Positions 1 to 12,260 of a stretch of DNA of 64,000 bases are shown here, in pieces. Each line of letters starts with the position of its first letter. Within the stretch, counting starts at the first letter, position 1. A model generated the notes under the pieces. It saw nothing but the letters and a program-made list of their open reading frames with translations, was not told where the DNA came from and did no database searches. Source of the stretch: Octopus sinensis (lineage: Eukaryota); NCBI RefSeq assembly GCF_006345805.1, contig NC_043022.1, positions 2,170,001 through 2,234,000 of the forward strand, read 5' to 3'. The position numbers and the translations under genes were made by a program.

Positions 1-20
1 GATGATATATATATATGTAT

Positions 21-186
21 ATACGATGGGCTTCTTTCAGTTTCCGTCTACCAAATCCACTTACATGGCTTTGGTTGGCCTGAGGCTATAGTAGAAGACA
101 CTTGCCCAAGGTGCCATGCAGTGGGACTGAACCCGAACCCATGTGGTTGGTAAGCAAGCTACTTACCACACAGCCACTCCTGCGCC
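21..186 (-). mobile_element. SINE family A, 5' (tRNA-derived head) part
   Basis: Reverse complement reads GGAGTGGCTGTGTGGTAAG...GGTTCAGTCCC...CTTGGGCAAGTGTCTTCT...GGAAACTGAAAGAAGCCC, matching >15 other copies in the window; A- and B-box-like motifs. Confidence 0.85.
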
Positions 187-388
187 TGTGCTGCATTTGT
201 TTCACATAATTTTGGAAATAATGAAGAATTTAGTAAAATGACTGTCGTCATATTAAACTGGAGTTTGGAATATAAATTAACACAGAATTTTGATGGAAAG
301 TTTCAATTTGGATCACTTTAGAATAGGAAGTTTGTACTAGAGGGCCAACGGGGAGTGGAAGTCCCAGGCAGGTGGGTATCAGAAGGGT

Positions 389-626
389 TTAACCCTTTTG
401 TTACCATATTTCTAATAAAATAAATCCACTGCCATTGTTTCAATCAATTTTTAAAATATTGAAGAATTTAGTCAAACAGCTTTGATCATTATTGAACTGG
501 TGTTTGGAAAAGAAATTAAGACCGAACTTCAACAGAAAATTTCAATTTTAGATCACAGTTGAAACAGGAAGTTTTGTATCACTGGGGAGGGGCAGTCACA
601 TGTGGGTTGTTATCAAAAGGGTTAAT
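389..626. mobile_element. piggyBac-type MITE (TTAA-CCCTTTTG...CAAAAGGG-TTAA)
   Basis: Terminal inverted repeats TTAACCCTTTTG / CAAAAGGGTTAA; partial upstream copy ~195-392; related copy at 47207-47438. Confidence 0.65.
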
Positions 627-1126
627 GTGGTGCTATGCTGTTGCTCCATGCTCCACTAATTATTAGCAGGCATATTACACTGTAAAGGTAGTAAATGCGG
701 ATCTCTGTAGCCATTCCACGCTCCACTGATTATTATGAAGTACAGTTTCTCAAGGCGTTAAACGCAGAGCTCTGCTGTTACCGGAGAAATGCTTCATTAA
801 TTATCGGTGAGAGAATTCTCAGGCTCATGGTTGGATGTAGCGCTGGGGGAAAGTGGGGGGGGCTGCGAATAGGGGGGGGTGATGGCTAGAGCAGGAGTAG
901 TGGGTGGGTTGGGTCGGTGGGTTAAAAATAACAAATGATAAAAAGGAGAGAAGAGGAAAAAAAAATTTCAGGTTTTGAAAATAGGAAGTACCATCTGTTT
1001 ACTCTTCTGGTCTCAATCTAATTATAGGTGTGTGGATATGGAGTGTGTAGGTGGGTGATGGTGGTGGTGATGGCAAGTATTTCTGCTAGTGGTAGGTAGA
1101 GGGGTCTTGTGTGAGTGTGTGCACAG

Positions 1127-1158
<32 letters not shown>

Positions 1159-1362
1159 CTGTGTGTTTGTGTGTGAGTGTATGTTTATATGTATATATAT
1201 ATATATACATATACACACACATATATATATATACATATACACACATACATATACACATATATATATATATACATACATACATATACACACATATATATAC
1301 ATATACATACATACATATACACACACATATATATATACATATACATACATATATATATACAT

Positions 1363-1403
<41 letters not shown>

Positions 1404-1426
1404 CATACAGACACACAGACACACAC

Positions 1427-1472
<46 letters not shown>

Positions 1473-1473
1473 G

Positions 1474-1509
<36 letters not shown>

Positions 1510-1770
1510 GCATATATATATATGGGTACAGGACATCACCCACAGTAAACAACATGAAATACGAAAACAAAAGAGTTCAATACGCAAACAATGAGAGAAA
1601 CAAATGTAAAACAGGACAAGTAACATAAAGAACGACCCTTCACCAATTCTCGGCTGTCTATCTACTCCTCATTTCGAGCATATACATACACACATATACA
1701 CATATATACATACAAACATACATACATACATACATACATAAATACATACATACATACATACATATATATA

Positions 1771-1797
1771 GATTCTGAGTTCCATTCCAGGCAGTGA

Positions 1798-1849
<52 letters not shown>

Positions 1850-2498
1850 TAATAAATGCCCTGATGCAGTACCAGGCAGTGGCTCTCATGGCTTCTGATC
1901 TTAACTGATTGGAAGTGTTATCATGTACATTGTTTTGTCTTGGTATAAAAGATGGGCTACAGCAAATATTCTGCTCAATACCACAGATTTACTTGTCAGT
2001 TGTTTGACCTTAACCAGTTGAGCATGTCCCTTGGTGGCTGACGATATGGGCATCTCTGATCACGAGCAGAAGTAGTGGGGGAGCATCATAGCCATGTGTT
2101 GAGAGGGATTCTTTGGGGTTTGAATAATTCACCTCTGGAAACATGGGTGGTTCTTTCAACATCCTTAAACAACCCTTATTCAGGGACCTTTTGAGCGGGA
2201 TGGGCTACTCGACCTGAAGAAAATTCTAACTGGGCCCCACCTGCAAGGTCATGCGCTGTTTACCTTGATATGAGATCACCATGTCGCGCACATATGGTTG
2301 TGATGCATGTGCCAGGTGTACCCTTATCAGACAGGTAGTCATGATGGGTATATTGGGCTTCGTATATTTTACCCCAGTGTCACTTTGATGGCATGAACTG
2401 CTCTCTCACTTAATAATAATAAATAATAATAATAATAACATCAAAAATACCTTAGGAATGAGAACCCAGGTTCAAAATTTCCCCAAGACACCTAATGA
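1771..2498 (+). mobile_element. tRNA-head/(AAT)n/HHR-tail element, locus 1 (truncated at both ends, with nested 0.55-kb insert)
   Basis: 3' half of head GATTCTGAGTTCCATTCCAGGCAGTGACC (1771-1799), (AAT)n, insert 1854-2410, (AAT)n, then tail ACATCAAAAATACCTTAGGAATGAGAACCCAGG...GACAC-CTAATGA (2438-2498), truncated in the ribozyme core. Confidence 0.7.
1854..2410. mobile_element. ~0.55-kb interspersed element 'E' sitting in (AAT)n
   Basis: Second copy with the same termini (AAATGYCCTGATGCAGTACCAGG...CTGCTCTCTCACT) at 54020-54550; both flanked by (AAT)n. Confidence 0.8.
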
Positions 2499-2607
2499 CC
2501 AGAGCAGGATTTGAACCCAGATCACAGTGAACCGCAACCAATACTGAAAGACATTAATTCTGTCTGAAGCTCTACCGACTCTACCTGTTCACCACTGAAT
2601 ATTTACA

Positions 2608-3166
<559 letters not shown>

Positions 3167-3289
3167 AACACACAGAATAATGTACTCCAATGTACACTAA
3201 GGCATAAAAATTTCTTTTTTTAAATTGAGACTGAAAAAATAGTAAGGGATGAAAATCACTTCGATTATGAAACAGGTCTGGCTGGATCT

Positions 3290-3750
3290 TGTAACCCCAC
3301 CACCACCACCACTACAACCACCACCACAACCCCCATCATCACCACCACCACCACCACCACCACAACCACCACCACAACCCCCATCATCATCACCACCACC
3401 ACCACGACCACAACCCCCATCATCACCACCACCACCACCTACAACACCACAACCCCCATCATCACCACTACCACCACCATCATCCCCACCACCATTGTTG
3501 CCACCAGCATCAGCAACCACCACCATCACTGCTACCATCACTACTATCACTTTCCAACACTACCACCACCACGATCACCACTACCACTGCAACAGCACCA
3601 CTTACCATCTTCACCACCACTGCTGCTATTGCCACTACCACACCACCAACACATAACCACCACCACAGATACACCTACTACTACTACTACTATTATTATG
3701 GTTGCTGCTGCTGCTACTACTACTACTACTACTGCCTCTACAACAACTGC
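3290..3750. repeat. (CCA)n/(CTA)n trinucleotide low-complexity tract
   Basis: Direct reading; source of the poly-Pro/Thr/Gly ORFs. Confidence 0.9.
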
Positions 3751-4504
3751 CATTGAACATATTATCCATTATCTCTCCCCATCCTCTCCCACTTACACCT
3801 CATCCTACCCTGCACACACGCACGCACACACACACACACAGTGTCTCACACACACACATACAGACATACATGAACACACACACACACACACACATCCAAC
3901 AAAAACCTATGTAACAAGGCAATGGCAGAGGCTGGAACAGCAGCCCCTACTTCCACCTCAACCACCACCACCACCGCCACCCACCACATCTCTCCCTATC
4001 CCTCCCCCCACCTCTACTTACTCTGGGGTCACTTCCAGTGCAACATCATTGATTACTGGAAGGGGAGGGGGGGGAGGGGCTGGTCCACCATGAAAAACAA
4101 AAACAAAAAAACAAAAACAAAAACACCTTCACTCCCTTTTCTTCTTATTCAGAAAGGGAATTTACTAAAGGGTGACAGTGATAGGAGATGGCATAGAAGG
4201 GGGTTGATGGTGGAGGACCTGAGTAGTTAGAAATAGCAGCCAAAACGTCCTCATATTATGCCTGGCTGTCTTAAAATTGGAAGTACACGAAGGATAGCAT
4301 TCGTCCCCGATCTAATGAGTTTGGTTGCAATGCTTTTGGTTATGGCGTGTGCTCGATCAAGATGGGCCTGGGGTTAAACGCCATCAACACCACCGACACC
4401 AGGAGTGACAAAGAGTCGATGATGGGGGAGCCTCTATATGGTCACACGACTTGCTAGAAATAGAAGACAAATCTTCCTCATATCACAACCTTCTGTCATA
4501 ACCC

Positions 4505-4737
4505 ATTTCTTTATTACCCACAAGGGGCTAAACATAGAAGGGACAAACAAGGACAGACATAGGTATTAAGTCGATTACATCGACCCCAGTGCGTAACTGG
4601 TACTTAATTTATCGACCCCGAAAGGATGAAAGGCAAAGTCGACCTCGGGGGAATTTGAACTCACAACGTAACGGCAGACGAAATACCGCTAAGCATTTCG
4701 CCCGACGTGCTAACGTTTCTGCCAGCTCGCCGCCTTA
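4505..4737 (-). mobile_element. SINE family B (tRNA-derived), full length
   Basis: Minus strand AAGGCGGCGAGCTGGCAGAAACGTTAGCAC...GAGTTCAAATTCC...GGTCGACTTTGCCTTTCATCCTTTCGGGGTCGATAAATTAAGTACCAG; further copies at ~19341-19495, 27838-28262, 31243-31865, 46290-46450, 50690-51115, 54645-54842, 58918-59245, 63023-63150. Confidence 0.85.
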
Positions 4738-4821
4738 ACCGTTTAGCATTCAGATTCCCCTGTCAAATATTAATCCTCATTTATTCACATTGTTTTGAAT
4801 TAATCATGGATTATCTCATAG

Positions 4822-5632
4822 TACATTATTTACATTATTTACATTTGATGGATATCTGTCCTCATCTTGTTTGTTGTTAATGTTTCAGCTGATATACCTT
4901 CCAGCCTTCATCAGGTATCTTTGAGAAATTTCGAACCTGGGTTCTCATTCCAAAGTTATTTTCTGATATTATTATTATTATTATTACTATTGTCTGGTGG
5001 CACGTGAAACATTCGAGCGAGGTCGTCACCAGTGCCACTGGACTGGCTCCTATGCATGTGGCACATAAAAAGCACCATTTGGGCGTGGCCGCTGCCAATA
5101 CCACCAAACTGGCCCTCCTGCTGGTGGCATGTAAAAGCACCCACTACACTCTCGGAGTACACTCTCGGAGTGATTGGCATTAGGAACGGCATCCAGCTGT
5201 AGAAACTCTGCCAGATAAGATTGGAGCCTGGTTCACCAGACCTCAGTCAAATCGTCCAACTCATGCTAGCATGGAAAGCGGACGTTAAATGATGATGATG
5301 ATTATTATTATTATTATTATTATTATTATCATTATTATTATTATTATTCAGGTCACTGCCGGGAATGGAACTTGGAATCTTGGGGTTAGTAGCCCGCACT
5401 CTTAACCACTACAGCATATGCCCTGAATAATAATAATAGTAATAATTACATCGAAAAATACCTTAGGAATGAGAACCCAGGATCGAAGTTTCCCCAAGAC
5501 ACCTGATGAAGGCTGGAGGGTATATCAGCCGAAATGTTGTGTTAACAACAAACAAGATGAGGACAAATATCCATCAAATGTGAATAATGTAAATAATGTA
5601 CATAATTCCTCATCTCTTAAATATAGAACTGT
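4822..5632. mobile_element. Head-to-head inverted insertion of tRNA-head/HHR-tail element, locus 2
   Basis: Minus strand: head 5351-5423, (AAT)n, nested RTE tail 4991-5300, HHR tail 4822-4967. Plus strand: HHR tail 5448-5632. Flanked by ATTATCTCATAG at 4810-4821 and 5633-5644 inside a piggyBac-type MITE. Confidence 0.8.
5498..5543 (+). ncRNA. Minimal type I hammerhead ribozyme motif (family HHR-1)
   Basis: GACAC-CTGATGA-A-GGCTG-gagggtatat-CAGCC-GAAA-TG-TT-GTGTT; helix I GACAC/GTGTT, helix II GGCTG/CAGCC, helix III ATGT (ACGT in other copies). Confidence 0.7.
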
Positions 5633-6400
5633 ATTATCTCATAGCTATGAGATTTCAATGATGTGATTGTTTACTTTTGCAATGACATTGTAGGGTATGT
5701 GTGACAAGCCAGATCCAGTCACCATAAAGCTAGTAGAATATTTATTATGTGTATATATTACTGATGTGTGTATATCATTAACATTGAATCCTTTAGCAAT
5801 CTGATTACTGTCGAATGTGATTCTTATTTTTTCACATTGTTTTGACTTAATCATGGATTTTCTCATAGCTTTGAGATTTCAATGATGGGATTGTTTACTT
5901 TTACAATGACATTGTAGGGTATGTGTGACAGGCCAGATCCAGCCAGCATAAAGCAGGGGTAATATTTAATAAACCGATGTATATATATCATTAACATTAA
6001 CCCCTTAGCATCCAAATTACTCTGTCTAATGTAATTTTTATTTATTCACATCATTTTAAATTAATCATCATAGCTTTGAGATTTCAGTGATTATTTATTT
6101 TGAGAATGGCATTGTAGGGTAGGTGTGAGAGGCTGGATCTGGGCGGTTTGAACCTAAAACAAGGAGAATATTTGGGCTGGAAAGGGGCCAATTCAACCCT
6201 TTAGCATTCAGGTTACTCCCTCAAAATTAAAAATTCTCTTATTCAGATTGTTTTGAATTAACCAGAGCTTCCAGGTTTCAATGATGTGATTGGTTATTTT
6301 ATAAAATTACATTGTAGGATTGGTGTGAGAGGCCAGATCCAGCCACCATAAAGCTGCTAGAATATTCTGGTTATTCTCTCAAATGTAAGGCTTATTTAGT
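5633..6400 (+). mobile_element. Tandem run of piggyBac-type MITE 'H' units
   Basis: Repeated AACCCTTTAGCATTCAGATTACTC...GTAGGGTAGGTGTGAGAGGCCAGATC units; a complete copy with TTAACCCTTT...AAGAGTTAA ends lies at 14881-15108, a partial one at 16535-16700. Confidence 0.65.
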
Positions 6401-6439
6401 CCCTTTCAAGCGTTGGGGCTCACAGAGGCAAAATGGCTG

Positions 6440-6890
6440 AGTTCCTTTCGAGCACTGGGCCTCACAGAAGCAAGGTGGTTGAATTCCTTTCAAGTGTTGG
6501 GCCTCATTAAGGCAAAGTGACTGAGTTCCTTTCAAGCGTTGGGCCACACAGAGGCAAAGTGCCCAAATTCCTTTCACGTGCTGGGCCTCACGGAAGCAAT
6601 GACCAAGACCTTTGGCATTATGTCGTGCTTGAGAAGACCCATCAAGCCAAGCAAAATTGCAGCCAAGGCAGATACCAGTGTCACATAAATGGCACCTGTA
6701 CCGGTGGCACATAAAAGCACCCATTACACTCTTGGAGTGGTTGGCGTTAGGAAGGGCATCCAGCTGTAGAAAACCATGCCAAATCAGATTGGAGTCTGGT
6801 GCAGCCTTTCAGCTTGCCAGCCCTAGTCAAGCCACCCAACCCATGCCAGCATGGGCAACAGACATTGAATGATAATGATGATGATGATGA
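6440..6890 (+). mobile_element. RTE-clade LINE 3' UTR/tail
   Basis: GGCACATAAAAGCACCCATTACACTC...GGAAGGGCATCCAGCTGTAGAAA...CCAACCCATGCCAGCATGG...(GAT)n; the same tail follows an RTE ORF2 remnant at 28310-28985. Other copies ~4991-5300, 12860-13365, 25510-25800, 37425-37625, 38820-39180, 46460-46600(-), 48080-48270(-), 50155-50640(-), 56505-56680(-), 63420-63770. Confidence 0.8.
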
Positions 6891-6953
6891 CACACCAATA
6901 CCAGTTGTCAAGTGAAGATGTGGGGCACAAATACAGACACAAAGTCACACAAA

Positions 6954-7230
6954 TCTCTCATATAAAATCCGTTCTGTCTGTCTGTGTGTGTGTGTGTCTT
7001 CTAGGATCTCAGGCATCCTCCATCCGATTGCACTCAAATTTGATATGTAGATACCAACGCTATCAGGGCGTGTATGAGTCTTGTAAAAATTACAAAAATC
7101 GATTCCAGGTGAGAATGCGATTGATAAAGCCGTTTTTGTCCTGCTTTTTCTTCTGTCGACCTGTACATAACTGCACCTTCCATTTTTTGTTGTTTTTGTA
7201 CTGCTTAAAGGCACATTTCTTTCCTGCTAA
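6954..7230 (+). mobile_element. Possible Helitron-type non-autonomous 5' end
   Basis: TC start + ATATAAAA + (TCTG)n(TG)n + CCATCCGATTGCACTCAAATTTG, the same layout as the element at 39203; no 3' CTAG end found. Confidence 0.35.
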
Positions 7231-8202
7231 GATTATTGTTTAAACCATGTTTGTGTTCTCCCAGTCAATAGCCTTATCATTACTGGTACTTTAAACTCTT
7301 CGGTTGAATATTTGTGTGAATAAAATCGTTTTCCTTTGGAATAGAAAAAAAGTCTATCTTTATTTCTTCTTTTGCTGGTGTCTCAAATTTAGGTTAAATC
7401 AGTATTTCTCAAAGGGGAGGCCTATGGGACGGTTAGACAAGTTGTTTTGAGAAAATTTGATTTAAATGTTTGACAACTCAGCACCGTCCATTGAACAGAG
7501 GGTGTTTTGCTCATAGATGTATAAATATATATGACAGGCTTCTTTCTGTTTCCTTCTACCAAATCTACTCACAAGGCTTTGGTTGGGCCAAAACTACAGT
7601 AGAAGACACTTCCCCAAAGTGCCACACAGTGGGACTGAACCCAGAACCATGTGGTTGGGAAGCAAGCTTCTTACCACACAACCACACCTGCACCTATATA
7701 TATATATATATATATATACATATACACAGACACAGACACACACATACACTTAAAAGTTTATAACCTATATGCAGACATATGCCTGTCATGCATACATTAA
7801 ATAATATGCATAGATTAATGATATGCACACACGCATGCATACGCAGATCTGCATACGTGTGCAACCTGCATAACATGTGCTGAAGACAGCATATTTACAA
7901 TATCGACCTGAAAATAAACTATGGTGCAGTAAGTATTTAAACCCTGGCCGATGAAGCGGAACGATGCGAGCTGTTCCAAGAGATGATTTGTGGTGCAACA
8001 TTTATATCTGCATAGGTGTGCAATGAAGCGTGATTTTGCAGGTGAGAGACTGGTTGGTGCATGTATGATATATAGCTCTGGTGGTGGGGTGGGTGTGTGT
8101 GTGTGTGTGTGCAACCTTATGTGCGCATCATATATACATGCATATGCACACATTAAATCCAATGCTTATATACTCATATATTCACAAAATGCTATATATC
8201 AT

Positions 8203-8265
<63 letters not shown>

Positions 8266-8440
8266 TATATATATGTTATGTATGTATGTATATATATGTA
8301 TATATATATATATATGCATATATATATGTTATGTATGTATATATATATATATATATATGTTATGTATGTATGTATGTGTATATATAATTTATGTATGTAT
8401 GTATGTGTATATATAATTTATGTATGTATGTATATGTATC

Positions 8441-8471
<31 letters not shown>

Positions 8472-8970
8472 CTTACATTTTATGTATGTAATGTTACATA
8501 TACAGATATGCATATATAATGTGTATTTGTGTAGGCACACAATGTATTTCGCATATACATATATGTGAATATATACATACATACACACACACACACATAT
8601 GTATTTATTCACACACACACACACACGCAAACAATATTTAATTCTGTGCGTGTGAGTGTGTGTGTGTGTATATATGTGTGTGTGTGTGTGTGTGTTTGTG
8701 TGAGTGTGCGTGTATATGTATATATGCATTTAATGCAACAAGCATAGGTGCGTAGCTAAGAAGTTTGCTTTACAAACCCACAGTTTCAAGCGCAGTTACA
8801 TGCAGTGAGTGGGACCCTGGCCAAGTGCCTTATTGTGAGTGAATTTCATGCATGAAAACTGTACAGAAGCCTGTCACTCATTCATTCTTCCACACACACA
8901 CAGACACGCACACACACAGAAGAGACTACATAATGACAAAGAAACAAGAAATTATATAAAGAACTTCCTT

Positions 8971-9051
8971 AGCTTACAGCTGTTTCTTCCACCAGATGCA
9001 ATGTGCTCATAGTTAAGTATTTGTGTATCACCTTATTGCTTCATCAGAGCT
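8971..9051 (-). ncRNA. Degenerate hammerhead motif (palindromic helix III ACAGCTGT)
   Basis: AGCT-CTGATGA-A-GCAAT...ATTGC-[11-nt insertion ATCTGGTGGAA]-GAAA-CAGCTG-TA-AGCT. Confidence 0.5.
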
Positions 9052-9439
9052 TAAAAATGAAGTACAATTTTATTTGGGAAGCATTTTTACATATGGTAAC
9101 CATCACCAAAATGAAAGAAGCCACTCCCAGAAATGCGTAGATATAAATAATTTTGTGTATATATGTGTATATGTAGTATATATATGTATGTAATACGAAT
9201 ACAAAAAAAATTTTGTCGTCGTATTTCATGTTGTTTACGTTTTGTGACATCCTGTACCCATATATGCATATGTATATATGTGTGTGTGTGGTGTGTGTGT
9301 GTGTGTGTGTGTGTATATGTATGTATATATGCATATATATATACATATATATTTTATTTATATTATTATATATGTGAGTGTGTGTGCGTGTGTCTGTGTT
9401 TGTCCCCTCCACCATTGCTTGACAACTGATGTTGATGTG

Positions 9440-9701
9440 GGGTAGAAAGGGCTCCTTAGCCGTAGTGAAGGCAATCTATCTAGGGAGATAACCTTACAAA
9501 AAAATCACTCGGTCCGTAGCTTAGAAATACTGGGTTGACGTCCAGCGGGAACAGCTTTGTTTCATGGAGGAGGAAAGATCTTCTTTAGTGCTTGGTTGTA
9601 CAATGCTTTCCAATGTGTGTAGTAGTGGCGCGCGCACACATTATTAGCCATTTGAAAAGACTATGAAAGTCTCGACCACGGTCGAACAATGATGATGATG
9701 A
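9440..9701 (+). mobile_element. Non-LTR 3' fragment with (GAT)n tail inserted in a SINE-A tail
   Basis: 13-bp TSD TGATGTTGATGTG at 9427-9439 and 9702-9714; SINE-A tail resumes after it. Confidence 0.7.
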
Positions 9702-10456
9702 TGATGTTGATGTGTTCATGTCCCCGTAACTTAGCCGTTCAGTGAAAGAGGCCGATAGAATAAGTACTAGGCTTACAAAGAATAAGTCCTGGGGGTCGAT
9801 TTGCTCACCTAAAGGTGGTGCTCCAGCATGGCCGCAGTCAAATGACTGAAACAAGTAAAAGAATATGCAGATGTGTAGATGTAAATATATTTACATACCT
9901 GCATGTCTATGTACAGGTGTTGCTGTGTGGTAACAAGGTTGCTTCCCAATCACATGGTTCCGGGTTCAGTCCCACTGTGTGACACTTCGGACAGGTGTCT
10001 TCTACCATAACCTTGGGCCAACCAAAGCCATGTGAGTGGATTGAGATGAAAACTGAAAAAAGCTCATCATATATATATATATATATTTATATTTATATTT
10101 TATCTAGTTTCAGCTCACGAGCTGTGGCCATGCTGGGGCACCGCCATTTATATATATATATATATAATATGTATGTATGTATATGTGTGTGTGTGTGTAT
10201 TGTCTGTGTGCATTTATGTCTATGTTTGTCTGCCTGCCAACACTTGATAACGGATGCTGGTGTGTTTATGTCCCCATAACTTAACGGTTCATCAAAAGTG
10301 AGTGGTGATAGAATAAATACTTGGCTTACAAAAGAATATGTCCTGGGGTCAATTTCTTCAAATAAAACTCTTTAAGGCAGTGCTCCAGCATGACCGCAAT
10401 CAAAAAGAATAAAAGAATATACATATATATGTCTGTGTGTATATGCATGTATATGT

Positions 10457-10840
10457 GTGGAGGCGCAATGGCCCAGTGGTTAGGGCAACGGACTCGCGGT
10501 CATAGGATCGCAGTTTCGATTCCCAGACCAAGCGTTGAGAGTGTTTATTGAGCGAAAACACCTAAAGCTCCACGAGGCTCCGGCAGGGGATGGTGGTGAT
10601 CCCTGCCGTACTCTTTCACCACAACTTTCTCTCGCTCTTACTTCCTGTTTCTGTTGTACCTGTATTTCAAAGGGCCGGCCTTGTCACTCTCTGTGTCACG
10701 CTGAATATCCCCGAGAACTACGTTAAGGGTATACGTGTCTGTGGAGTGCTCAGCCACTTACACGTTAATTTCACGAGCAGGCTGTTCTGTTGATCGGATC
10801 AACCGGAACCCTCGTCGTCGTAACCGACGGACTGCTTCCC
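10457..10840 (+). mobile_element. SINE family D (tRNA-Arg-like head)
   Basis: GGAGGCGCAATGGCCCAGTGGTTAGGGC...GGACTCGCGGTC.TAGGATCGC.GTTTCGATTCCC (A and B boxes; resembles tRNA-Arg); copies at 24936-25211(-, partial), 29021-29403(+), 53597-53969(-). Confidence 0.85.
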
Positions 10841-11169
10841 ACTTGGCTTACAAAAGAATATGTCCTGGGGTCAATTTCTTCAAATAAAACTCTTTAAGGC
10901 GGTGCTCCAGCATGACCGCAATCAAAAAGAATAAAAGAATATACATATATATGTCTGTGTGTATATATATGTATATGAATGTATGTATAATATTGCTTAT
11001 ATGGGTGTATTTTGTTATGCACGTGTGTGTGTGTGCGTAGAAGAATGCGTGTCTCACGGTTGGTCTGGTCGTATGTACACAATCATAGCAGCCACCTGAA
11101 TCCACAGATAACCATTCACCTAGAGACTAGTGCGAAAAGTATGGCATGGAATTAATGATACAGTCACTA

Positions 11170-11992
11170 AGCACACACACACACACAGACATACACACAC
11201 ACACACACAGACATACACACACACACACACAGACATACACACACACACAGACAGACATACACACACACACAGACATACACACACACACACACAGACATAC
11301 ACACACACACACACAGACATACACACACACACACAGACATACACACACACACACACAGACATACACACACACACACAGACATACACACACACACACAGAC
11401 ATACACACACACACACACAGACATACACACACACACACACAGACATACACACACACACACAGACATACACACACACACACCACAGACATACACACACACA
11501 CACACACAACAGACATACACACAACACACACACAGACATACACAACACACACACAGACATACACACACACACACACAGACATACACACACACACACACCA
11601 CAGACATACAACACACACACACAGACATACACACCACACACACACACAGACATACACCACACACACACACAGACATAACACACACACACACAGACATACA
11701 CACACACAGACATACACACACACACACAGACATACACACACACACACAGACATACACACACACACACACAGACATACACACACACACACACAGACATACA
11801 CACACACACACAGACACACACACACACACACACAGACATACACACACACACACACACACACACACCACACACACAGACATACACACACACACACACAGAC
11901 ATACACACACACACACACAGACATACACACACACACACACAGACATACACACACACACACACACACAGACATACACACACACACACACAGAC
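11170..11992. repeat. Compound (CA)n microsatellite punctuated by CAGACATA
   Basis: Direct reading, ~820 bp; explains the 285-328 aa Cys-Val/His-Thr ORFs. Confidence 0.95.
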
Positions 11993-12222
11993 ATTGTTTT
12001 TGGGTTTTTTTTTTGTTTGTTAATTCGTTTTGTTTTACTTCTTCTTCTCTGCTGGCATGGGTTCGAGAAATGTGTGTGAAAGTTCAGATACAAAGAAAGT
12101 GTAAGAACTTGAAAGAAAGGCAACATAGTTAAGTCTCTATGGAAAGCTAGAGAGAAACTAAGGGAGGGCGGAGTGGGGGCAAGGGGGGGGGCTAACTAAT
12201 CATTTTATGTATATGTGTATGT

Positions 12223-12260
<38 letters not shown>

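Noticed and set aside
840-930. G-quadruplex-like G runs (also 34190-34330)
   Set aside because: Common in this low-complexity background; no independent sign of function.
1018-1628. ORFs rich in YI/HT/CV dipeptides here and throughout (11120-12132, 13274-14208, 22917-23582, 47532-48440 and others)
   Set aside because: Translations of (TA)n/(CA)n microsatellites, open in several frames on both strands.
3197-4093. Poly-Pro/Thr/Gly/His/Asp/Asn ORFs (also 18035-19068, 31926-33892, 53299-53664)
   Set aside because: Trinucleotide repeats with no splice or domain support.
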